From positions 710,877 to 774,876 of the forward strand of contig JAQWMR010000016.1 of the NCBI GenBank assembly GCA_029246685.1: a DNA stretch of 64,000 nucleotides, given 5' to 3'. This DNA is from Acidimicrobiales bacterium (lineage in GTDB: Bacteria > Actinomycetota > Acidimicrobiia > Acidimicrobiales > Aldehydirespiratoraceae). Positions 55,752 to 64,000 of this stretch are shown here, one piece after another. Position 1 is the stretch's first letter, and every line of letters begins with the position of its first letter. A program made the position numbers and the translations under genes. The notes below the pieces were generated by a model. That model was not told the DNA's origin, did no database searches, and saw nothing but the letters and a program-made list of their open reading frames with translations.

Positions 55752-55911
55752 GGATGATCCTCTCGTGGGCCGTCGACACTCGCGACGGGCCCCGTCGAGG
55801 CTACGGCAGCGGCGCGCCACTCCCATGGCTTCGACCACGACCGGTCAGCGTGAGCGGCAGCATCACCCAGCGAGCCCGCGCAGCGTGCATAGGGTGCTTC
55901 GCGTGCAGGAG

Positions 55912-56076
55912 ATGAGCGCGCCGAACACCCCCACGGTCGTCGCCGATCACCCGCTGCGTTGCGGCCGCTGCGATGTCGCCTGGCGCGGCGTTGCGGGCGA
56001 CGAGTGCTGGGTCTGCGGCGACCCCGGCGTGCCTCGCGGTGAAGTGCGCATCGTCGAGGACGAAGACGCCGCCTAG
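55912..56076 (+). CDS. Small CxxC...CxxC zinc-ribbon protein (hypothetical)
   Basis: MSAPNTPTVVADHPLRCGRCDVAWRGVAGDECWVCGDPGVPRGEVRIVEDEDAA with uniformly G/C-ending codons. The start is uncertain (GTG 55894/55903 or ATG 55912). Confidence 0.4.
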   Translation: MSAPNTPTVVADHPLRCGRCDVAWRGVAGDECWVCGDPGVPRGEVRIVEDEDAA

Positions 56077-56146
56077 CCAGCGCGCTGCCTACCCAGCGCG
56101 TTGCTTACCCAGCGCGTTGCCTAGCCAGCGCGTTGCCTAGCCAGCG
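56072..56146. repeat. 16-bp tandem repeat, about 4.7 units (CCTAGCCAGCGCGYTG and variants)
   Basis: Units at 56072, 56088, 56104 and 56120, plus a partial unit at 56136. The first unit contains the TAG stop of the + gene; the last contains the CTA (=TAG) stop of the - gene. Confidence 0.85.
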
Positions 56147-56724
56147 AACAGGTGGGCCGTCCAGATGACCTCATCCACGACCACGACACCCACCCCGAGC
56201 GCCGAGTAGTTCTCGTCCACGATGTTGGTTCGGTGGCCGGGGCTGGCCACGAAGGCAGCAACAACCCGTTCGACGGTGGGCCCGAATCCGATGTTCTCGC
56301 CGGCGGCGCGCCATTCGTCAGCGGCCACCACGGTGTAGATCAACTCGGTGTGGCGCAGGTGATCCTCGACGGCCATCCGCCGGGCCCACTGAGCCGCGAG
56401 TTCATCGAGTGCAGCGTCACGGACAAGGGGCCGCGCGCCCACGCCCACCCGAACGTCGTTGAGCGCGACGAGGAACTCGCTCCCCAGATCAGCTGGTTCG
56501 TCGTCAACCGCCTCCGTGTTCCGGGCAACGGGCGCGACCGTCGTGGTGGCGATCACCGGGGAGTCGACGGCTGCGACGGCTGCGACGGCTGCGACGGAGC
56601 GTCGAGCCTCGACCGCGGCCGGCGGGGCAGCGTTGTCGATCGAGTTCGCGCCCGGAAGCACCAGCCAACGCGCGACGGTGATGGCGCCGGCCAGCGCCGC
56701 GCCCGCCGTGATGCCCTGCCGCAT
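56137..56724 (-). CDS. Secreted CAP/SCP (PR-1-like, YkwD-type) domain protein
   Basis: 195 aa; signal-like N-terminus, (VAA)n run from a 9-bp repeat at 56566-56598, then ..LDELAAQWARRMA...GENIGFG...FVASPGHRTNIVDENYSALGVGVV... Confidence 0.75.
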   Translation of the reverse strand: MRQGITAGAALAGAITVARWLVLPGANSIDNAAPPAAVEARRSVAAVAAVAAVDSPVIATTTVAPVARNTEAVDDEPADLGSEFLVALNDVRVGVGARPLVRDAALDELAAQWARRMAVEDHLRHTELIYTVVAADEWRAAGENIGFGPTVERVVAAFVASPGHRTNIVDENYSALGVGVVVVDEVIWTAHLFAG

Positions 56725-56810
56725 CGCTCCCCTACCTTCGACGGATCCGCGGCGAGTATGTCAGCGGCGCGATCTCGATTCGGCGACCCTCCCTGTCCTA
56801 TGTTGGGACG

Positions 56811-57419
56811 GTGACGCTCCACTGGGAAGACAGCAGGGTCGAAGTCCACCGATTGGTGGTCGGTCCCATGGACAACAACGTCTTCGTCGTGCGCTGCCGC
56901 GAAAGCGGCGAGGGCGTCCTCCTCGACGCGGCAAACGAACACGAACGGCTCCTCGAGCTGTGCGAGGCGCTCGACGTGAGAACGGTGTTGGAGACGCACG
57001 GCCATTGGGACCACATCCAGGCCGTGCCCGCAGTGCGAGAGGCCGGGTACCGGGTCGGTGTCACGGCTCAGGACGCGGAGATGCTGCCGAGTTACGACTA
57101 CCTCCTCGAGGACGAGTCGGTGATCGAGATCGGCCAGCTCCGGATCCACACGCACCACACTCCCGGGCACACGCCAGGCTCGATGTCGTTCAGCGTGGAG
57201 GACACGCCCCTGTTGTTCACCGGCGACACACTTTTCCCCGGAGGGCCCGGCGCGACTCAATTCGAGAGTGGCGATTTCGCCACAATTCTCACCAGTATCG
57301 AGGACCGGATGTTCCGCGTCTTCGACGCTGAAACGATTGTCCTGCCGGGCCACGGTGCCGACACGACGATCGGCAGCGAAGCACCGAGTCTCGACGAATG
57401 GGCCGACCGCGGTTGGTGA
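56811..57419 (+). CDS. MBL-fold metallo-hydrolase (glyoxalase II-like)
   Basis: 202 aa; LETHGHWDHIQAV, HTPGHTPGS, GDTLFPGG. Confidence 0.85.
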   Translation: MTLHWEDSRVEVHRLVVGPMDNNVFVVRCRESGEGVLLDAANEHERLLELCEALDVRTVLETHGHWDHIQAVPAVREAGYRVGVTAQDAEMLPSYDYLLEDESVIEIGQLRIHTHHTPGHTPGSMSFSVEDTPLLFTGDTLFPGGPGATQFESGDFATILTSIEDRMFRVFDAETIVLPGHGADTTIGSEAPSLDEWADRGW

Positions 57420-57467
57420 CTCGCCGGTAGGTTCGGGAACGTTCTCAATTCCGTATCTGACACGCCG

Positions 57468-58417
57468 ATGAGGGTATGGATGATGTCCCCGCCCGTCATC
57501 GAGAACGAGGAAGCCCGACTGGCATCTGTCCAGTCGCTTCGAGTGCTCGACACCCCTGCCGAGAGTGCGTTTGACGAACTCGTCGAACTCGCCGCATGGA
57601 CGTGCCACGCGCCGATCGCAGCCATCTCGCTGGTCGACGCGGACCGTCAGTGGTTCAAGGCATCCGTTGGGCTGGATGTCCCGGACTCGCCGCGCGACAT
57701 CGCGATCTGTGCGCACACGATCGCCGATGTCGAGCAGACGCTGGTCGTCCCCGACACGACGCTCGACCCCGCTTTCGCGAGAACCCGTTCCTCACCGGCG
57801 ACGCCGAGGTCCGCTTCTACGCGGGTGTGCCCATCATCGTCGACGACGGCCTCGCCGTAGGCACGCTCTGTGTGCTCGACTCCCGCCCTCGATCCCTGTT
57901 CGCCGATGAGCGGCGCGCCCTCGAGATCGTTGCCCGACAGGCGGGCGAGAACTTCGCCGCCGTTCGCCTCGAGTGGGGCGCCCTCGATGCGCTGACCGGC
58001 GTCTCGAGCATGATCGCGGCCGACCGCTGGATGCAGATGCAGACCACCGGCCAACTTCGCGCTGCGATTCACGTCGACATCGACGGACTCGCCGGAATCA
58101 ACGAGCACCATGGCGATGGCGCCGGAGATGCGGCTCTCACCGCGACCGCCGCACGCCTTCGCCACTCAGCTCCTTCCGGAGCACTCATCGCTCGCACCGG
58201 CGGTGACGAGTTCGCCGTTCTGATGGATGCAGTCGACATGGCCACGCTCTTCGAGTCAGTCGAGTCGATCCGCCTCGCGCTCGACGACGACACAATGTCG
58301 ACCATCGATGTGTCGATGGGCCCCGCGACCGCCGAGCCGGGCGACGACGGCCAGGACCTAATTTCGGCCGCTGCTCGTGCCACTGCGCTCGAGAAGCCGC
58401 TGCGCCGCGACCGCTGA
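57468..58417 (+). pseudogene. GAF-GGDEF diguanylate cyclase with a 1-nt frameshift in a C-run (57767-57770)
   Basis: The GAF N-half (..NEEARLASVQSLRVLDTPAESAFDELVELAAWTCHAPIAAISLVDADRQWFKASVGLD..TTLDP) is in ORF 57468..57860. Its continuation (RFRENPFLTGDAEVRFYAGVPIIVDDGLAVGTLCVLD..) and the GGDEF domain (..ARTGGDEFAVL..) are in ORF 57596..58417. Confidence 0.75.
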
Positions 58418-58420
58418 CAG

Positions 58421-58888
58421 CTACTCCAACGGCGCCGAACCGAGATCAAGCGGCTTTCGTTCCTGCACCGTCACTCTCGGGTAGTTGCGCAGCTGCACCT
58501 CGCGGACGCCGTCCCAACCCTCTGTGCGGAGCACGCCGTCAGCCCGGACGACGACCGAGCGGTCGGCGTCCAGCGCCAGGGCGAAAGTGACGCCTCCAAC
58601 GAGCGCGGCCGCCGCCGCGGCCAGAAGGAGCGCAGGCGCGAAGACCGCTCCGACGAGCGCCACGATCAGCACGACCGTCGGCACTCCGACGAGCAGCCGG
58701 GCGATCATCCGTGCCCGGGCAGAGAATCCACGGTCCCGCTCAAAGAGCCTTTCATCGGGCGGACCAGCGCCGCCCGCCCGCGCATCGCGGATCGCGGCGC
58801 GGAGCTCTTTGGCATCGGTTCCAGGGCACCGCAGGGAGTCCTTCGGTGCGTTCTTGCGCCCGACCTCATGCCAACAGTTGATCCGCAC
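58421..58888 (-). CDS. Hypothetical membrane protein
   Basis: 155 aa; two TM helices (LLVGVPTVVLIVALVGAVFAPALLLAAAAAALVGGVTFALAL) and good GC3 throughout. Confidence 0.4.
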   Translation of the reverse strand: MRINCWHEVGRKNAPKDSLRCPGTDAKELRAAIRDARAGGAGPPDERLFERDRGFSARARMIARLLVGVPTVVLIVALVGAVFAPALLLAAAAAALVGGVTFALALDADRSVVVRADGVLRTEGWDGVREVQLRNYPRVTVQERKPLDLGSAPLE

Positions 58889-59002
58889 GGCGCCATGGTC
58901 GCACGAACCTGAGAGCCCGCTGAGGACGGCCGTGCTCCTGCGGGAACCACCCCAGAGGTCAAAGCGTCAGAGACGTACGAACGATCCCAAGGAGATCCCC
59001 CG

Positions 59003-59503
59003 ATGAAACGATTCTTGCTGACACTCACCGTGATCCTGACGCTAGTCGCCAGCGCGTGTGGCGACGGCACCGGCGCCGATGCGCCGAACGACCGGCCAGC
59101 CGACGACTCCCCGGTCGATGACTCCCCCGTCGATGATGAGCCGCTCGGCACCGGCCCGTACCCGATCGCCGACCTGACGATCACGTATCAGCTCGACCAG
59201 CTCAGCGAGGCAGTCACGTACCGCCTCGCCTGCCTCGGCGACACGGAATCGGTCACGGGGGACGGTGCTCCCGGGGCAGCGGCAGCCATGTGCATCGCTC
59301 TCAATGAGCTGCCGATCCGCGACAGGGTTGTCAACGGAGCACCCACCGACCAGGCATGCACCGAGCAGCACGGCGGCCCGCAGATCGCGTCGGTCACCGG
59401 GACGCTTGAGGGAGAAGCGGTGGACACATCATTCGACCGCGCCAACGGTTGCGGCATCAGTGACTGGGCCCTGCTCGGCGCCTTTCTCCCTGTCCCGTCC
59501 TAG
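59003..59503 (+). CDS. Lipoprotein, possibly subtilisin-inhibitor-like (SSI) domain
   Basis: MKRFLLTLTVILTLVASAC lipobox, a DDSPVDDSPVDD linker, and four further Cys in an SSI-like spacing (..ACLGD..AMCIAL..ACTEQHGGPQIASVTG..ANGC..). Confidence 0.5.
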   Translation: MKRFLLTLTVILTLVASACGDGTGADAPNDRPADDSPVDDSPVDDEPLGTGPYPIADLTITYQLDQLSEAVTYRLACLGDTESVTGDGAPGAAAAMCIALNELPIRDRVVNGAPTDQACTEQHGGPQIASVTGTLEGEAVDTSFDRANGCGISDWALLGAFLPVPS

Positions 59504-59632
59504 CAACGGAAGTGGGCCGGGCGATCCAGTTTGCTGGACCGTTCGGCCCCTTCCCGCGAAGACCCATGCCTCTAGGGCCGAGAGTACAAGTACCAGGGTC
59601 CAGACGGGGACCTCGGACACCAGGAGCAAACG

Positions 59633-60094
59633 ATGAGCACGACCGAACAGATCCAGGACGCACTGAGCATGGTTCTCGAGCCCGGCGAACGGGTCGAGGC
59701 ACTTCGCCCGGTCGTTGCGGGCAAGGTCGAGGACCGCGCCTACGAGACGACGCTCGCTCTGCTCGGCCCGTCGGTGTTCAGTCAGGCTGCGAACGGCTCG
59801 ATGACCGGCGAGGGCTCCATGCCCACCCGGACCAACCTGGTCGTCGTCACCGACCGCCGAGTGCTCTGGTGCCACAAGGCCCGCATCGGCAACGAGATCG
59901 TGGTCGGTGGTTCCGACTCGCTCGGCGCCGTTCACAAGGTCGAGATCGTTTCGGCTCGGATCGCGCTCGCCAAGATGCGCTTCACCTTCGCCGACTGGTC
60001 CGTCGCCCAGTTCGACCTTCCGTCGGACCACCGAGCCACCGACTTCGCCAACGACATCATGAAGCTTCTGCTTCGGGTGCCGGCCGCCGCCTGA
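59633..60094 (+). CDS. Hypothetical protein (PH/YokE-like fold suspected)
   Basis: 153 aa; ATG preceded by CAGGAGCAAACG; good GC3. No motif recognised. Confidence 0.5.
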   Translation: MSTTEQIQDALSMVLEPGERVEALRPVVAGKVEDRAYETTLALLGPSVFSQAANGSMTGEGSMPTRTNLVVVTDRRVLWCHKARIGNEIVVGGSDSLGAVHKVEIVSARIALAKMRFTFADWSVAQFDLPSDHRATDFANDIMKLLLRVPAAA

Positions 60095-60240
60095 TCTGCA
60101 CGGAGAGTCCACCCGTCCCTCACGACGATGCCCGCCCCTCGGGGTGGGAATCGTCGCGTACAGCCCGCCCTTCGGGGCGGGCTTCTTCGCGTCTCGGGGC
60201 GCCGATACCCTCGGGAGCAACGACGATCCCAGGAGTCCCC

Positions 60241-61422
<1,182 letters not shown>

Positions 61423-61481
61423 CCGACCGTTCCCGCACACGTTCCTTCGGCGTACCCCGCCAGAGCGCGAGAATCGACAGA

Positions 61482-62080
61482 TGCACAGGCTCCACCGTCT
61501 CGAGGCGCTGACACTCGTCGCCACCAAGCCGACGGGCACCGTCGACGCGGCCACGTGGGAGGACCGGACCGCCACCGAGGTCGCGAACGTCGGTGGCGGG
61601 CTGTTTCGGCTCGACCCTCCAGCGCCAGCCGGTCGGCCGGGTGCGGGCCACAGCCATGTGATGGCCGTCCCCGGAAGTACCCGACCACCTCGCTCCTCGA
61701 CGCAGGCCGACATCCGAACCGACCGTTGGCTGCGTCACGGTTCGACTGTGACCCCGCAGCCCGACGCCGATGTCTCCGCGTTGATCGTCGCCGAGGTCCT
61801 GACGACCGACCCGGCCCGCCTCGATGAGTGGGACGAGTGGTACGACGCGGTCCACCTGCCCGACATGATGGAGTGCGACGCGTTCGCCGGCGGAACCCGT
61901 TGGCACCGCGCCGACCTCCGGGACGGGTCCGTCAATCACCTGACGATCTACGAGATCGCTGGCATCGAACTGTCCGAGGCTGTGAGCATCTCTGCCGCGA
62001 TCATGCCGGGGCTCATCGCGGCCGGCCGAAAGCACACGTGCCATGCGGGTGGCCTCACGATGGCTCTCACTCGGGTATGA
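61482..62080 (+). CDS. Hypothetical protein; C-terminal ~110 aa resemble a dimeric alpha/beta-barrel (EthD/DUF4286-like) domain
   Basis: GC3 drops between about 61660 and 61750, so this may be two genes (second from GTG 61749) or carry further indels. ..LDEWDEWYDAVHLPDMM..NHLTIYEI.. Confidence 0.35.
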
Positions 62081-62748
62081 GCCGAGCCCTCGTCGTCCTT
62101 GTGTTGCTGACAGCCTCATGCGCAGGAGGCGACTCCCGAACGGCCGCGCCGACGACGACCGCGCCGGCGTCGTCGACAACCACGAGTTCGACCACCTCGC
62201 CCATCACGACAACGACAACAACGACAACAACGACGACGACGACAACCTCGCTACCGCTCCCTGAGCTGTTCCACGAGGGATCACCGATGGTCGAGTTCTC
62301 CGTGCAGGTCGGCGAGGGCGTCGACGGGTTGACCCGCGACGAATTGGCCCGCTTCGTCGTGGACACGCTTGGCGACGGGCGCAGCTGGATCGGCCGCGGC
62401 GCCGGGTTCGAGCTTCTCGACGACGGCGGCGAGTTCACGATCATCGTCGCCCTCCCTGCGGACGTCGACCAGATGTGCGCGCCGCTGCAGACCAACGGGC
62501 GGTTCTCGTGTGCGCGCAACGGGTGGATCGCCATCAACTCGCTGCGATGGTTCGGAGCGACCGACACATGGCCCGGCGATCTCGATACCTACCGTCGCTA
62601 CGTCGTCAACCACGAGGTCGGCCACTACATCGTGGGAGCGGGTCACGCCGCGTGCCCCGCCGTCGGCGAACCTGCGCCGATCATGATGCAGCAGACCAAG
62701 GGGCTTGACGGCTGCGAGCCCAACGGATGGGTGCTCACCGGCGTGTGA
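62077..62748 (+). CDS. DUF3152-like lipoprotein with HExxH zinc-peptidase motif and poly-Thr linker
   Basis: MSRALVVLVLLTASCAG lipobox, a Thr run encoded at 62206-62247, ..YRRYVVNHEVGHYIVGAGHAACP..APIMMQQTKG... The ATG overlaps the upstream stop. Confidence 0.7.
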   Translation: MSRALVVLVLLTASCAGGDSRTAAPTTTAPASSTTTSSTTSPITTTTTTTTTTTTTTSLPLPELFHEGSPMVEFSVQVGEGVDGLTRDELARFVVDTLGDGRSWIGRGAGFELLDDGGEFTIIVALPADVDQMCAPLQTNGRFSCARNGWIAINSLRWFGATDTWPGDLDTYRRYVVNHEVGHYIVGAGHAACPAVGEPAPIMMQQTKGLDGCEPNGWVLTGV

Positions 62749-62858
62749 GACCTGGCCTCGAAGTAGCCGTTCGCGATCTGTCGTGGCACGCTAACGATCG
62801 TTTACTTCTTACGTCCCGGCGTGTTGCCGGGCAGCGATCGCCCCAGGAGGGGTTCCAC

Positions 62859-63794
62859 ATGAGCAAGCTTCTCGAGGGCAAGGTCGCCCTGATCACCGGC
62901 GCCGGTCGTGGCATCGGCCGCGAGCACGCCCTGATGATGGCCGAGCACGGCGCATCCATCGTTGTCAACGACCTCGGCGGCGACGAGCACGGCGAGGGCG
63001 GCGACGCCACCCCGGCCCAGGAAGTGGTTGCCGAAATCGAGGCCATGGGCGGCAAGGCTGTCGTCAACGGCGGCAACGTTGCCAAGTTCGACGAGGCCAA
63101 GGCCATGATCGACCAGGCCGTCGACACGTACGGCGACATCAACATCGTCGTCAACAACGCCGGCATCCTGCGCGACCGCATGCTCTTCTCGATGAGCGAA
63201 GACGACTGGGACGCCATCATGGCTGTCCACCTCAAGGGCACATTCGGCCCCGCCCACCACGCGGCGGCGCACTGGCGGGCCCAGGCCAAGGCTGGCGAAG
63301 AGGTCTATGGCCGGATCATCAACACCGCGTCGCCCTCCGGCATCTACGGCAACGTCGGCCAGACCAACTACGGCGCGGCCAAGGCCGGCATCGCCGCCTT
63401 CTCCATCATCGCCGCACAGGAGCTCGTCAAGTACGGCGTGACCGTCAACTGCCTCGCCCCGACTGCCGTCTCCCGCCTCACCATCCCGTTGATGGGCGGC
63501 GAAGAGAACCTCAGCGATGAGCTAATGGAAGCGATGTCGCCGCGGTGGATCTCCGTCATCACAACCTGGCTTGCGTCGCCCGAGGCGGCCAACGTGACCG
63601 CGCGCGTCTTCGACGTTCGCGGTCCGAAGCTCGGCATCGCCGAGGGCTGGCACCTCGGCCCCGTCGAGACCCAGACCGACGACCCCCAGGACATGGGCCC
63701 GGTCATGGACAAGCTGATGAGCGCTGCGCGCCTCAACGCCAACATGAACGGCACCGACCACGAGGGCCCGGGCTACCCGTCACAGTCGGTCTGA
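62859..63794 (+). CDS. SDR oxidoreductase (3-hydroxyacyl-CoA dehydrogenase / MFE-2 dehydrogenase-domain-like)
   Basis: ATG 62859 follows AGGAGG. VALITGAGRGIGRE, NNAGILRD, YGAAKAGI. Confidence 0.9.
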   Translation: MSKLLEGKVALITGAGRGIGREHALMMAEHGASIVVNDLGGDEHGEGGDATPAQEVVAEIEAMGGKAVVNGGNVAKFDEAKAMIDQAVDTYGDINIVVNNAGILRDRMLFSMSEDDWDAIMAVHLKGTFGPAHHAAAHWRAQAKAGEEVYGRIINTASPSGIYGNVGQTNYGAAKAGIAAFSIIAAQELVKYGVTVNCLAPTAVSRLTIPLMGGEENLSDELMEAMSPRWISVITTWLASPEAANVTARVFDVRGPKLGIAEGWHLGPVETQTDDPQDMGPVMDKLMSAARLNANMNGTDHEGPGYPSQSV

Positions 63795-63814
63795 ACGGAT
63801 TCCGTTCAGACCGA
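63786..63814. terminator. Perfect 13-bp-stem hairpin (TCGGTCTGAACGG-ATT-CCGTTCAGACCGA) containing both convergent stop codons
   Basis: The SDR TGA (63792-63794) sits in the left arm and the msrA TCA (=TGA, 63806-63808) in the right arm. Confidence 0.7.
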
Positions 63815-64000
63815 ATACGCCACCTGGCATTTTCCGTGGTTGCAGTAGCCGCCAGGGTTTCGGTGGAGGTACTGCTGGTGATATTCCTCGGCGAAGTAGA
63901 AGGTCGGGGCGTCCACCACGGTCGTCTCGATCTCGCCGAAGCCGGCACCGTTTAGCGCGTCCTGGTACTTGCCGTGGCTGGCTTCGGCAGCCGCTCGCTG
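63806..64000 (-). CDS. msrA: Peptide-methionine (S)-S-oxide reductase MsrA, C-terminal part (gene runs off the right edge)
   Basis: The reverse strand reads ..KYQDALNGAGFGEIETTVVDAPTFYFAEEYHQQYLHRNPGGYCNHGKCQVAYSV*. The FY.AE.YHQQYL block is the MsrA C-terminal signature. Confidence 0.8.
   Translation of the reverse strand, partial: QRAAAEASHGKYQDALNGAGFGEIETTVVDAPTFYFAEEYHQQYLHRNPGGYCNHGKCQVAYSV

Overview
Strongly GC-rich (high GC3) actinobacterial-type chromosomal segment with about 70 protein-coding genes and two tRNAs (tRNA-Tyr, tRNA-Arg); no rRNA, CRISPR array or intact mobile element was seen. From left to right: (1) housekeeping and stress genes (SDR, GNAT, YajQ, HtpX, acetyl-CoA synthetase, MscL, OsmC, enoyl-CoA hydratase), including a cellulose-synthase-like GT2/PilZ gene that is visibly broken. 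(2) A lower-GC patch at about 11.7-19.5 kb with an orphan HTH gene, a larE-larB-larC nickel-pincer cofactor operon without larA, gene remnants, an ECF sigma factor fused to a zinc anti-sigma module, an acidic Cys-rich membrane protein and a truncated sulfatase. (3) A block of about 23 kb (19.5-43.2 kb) of catabolic and uptake operons. It encodes aldehyde and alcohol dehydrogenases, a TenA-like protein, a creatininase-family protein, a di-iron oxygenase-like alpha/beta pair, an M29/NicX-like protein and an alkylsulfatase. It also encodes two M20 amidohydrolases, a split B12-dependent acyl-CoA mutase, a CoA-transferase, an LLM oxidoreductase, an epimerase-like VOC protein, a ThiBPQ-like ABC importer, an amidohydrolase and a GntR regulator. 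Its promoter gaps all carry the same A/T-rich palindrome ATCT-N-AGAT. I consider this candidate single regulon the most interesting thing in the window. (4) A decay zone next to tRNA-Arg: transposase remnant, frameshifted response regulator, and truncated histidine kinases. (5) mshC-cysS in tandem, secreted and lipoproteins with poly-Thr linkers, a GAF-GGDEF cyclase, thiolase, hbd, cyclophilin, an MFS transporter and SDRs. At least five genes are interrupted by single-base indels in homopolymer or simple-repeat runs, so sequence quality must be checked against genuine pseudogenisation. All calls rest on reading the translations and the DNA by eye; no searches were run.
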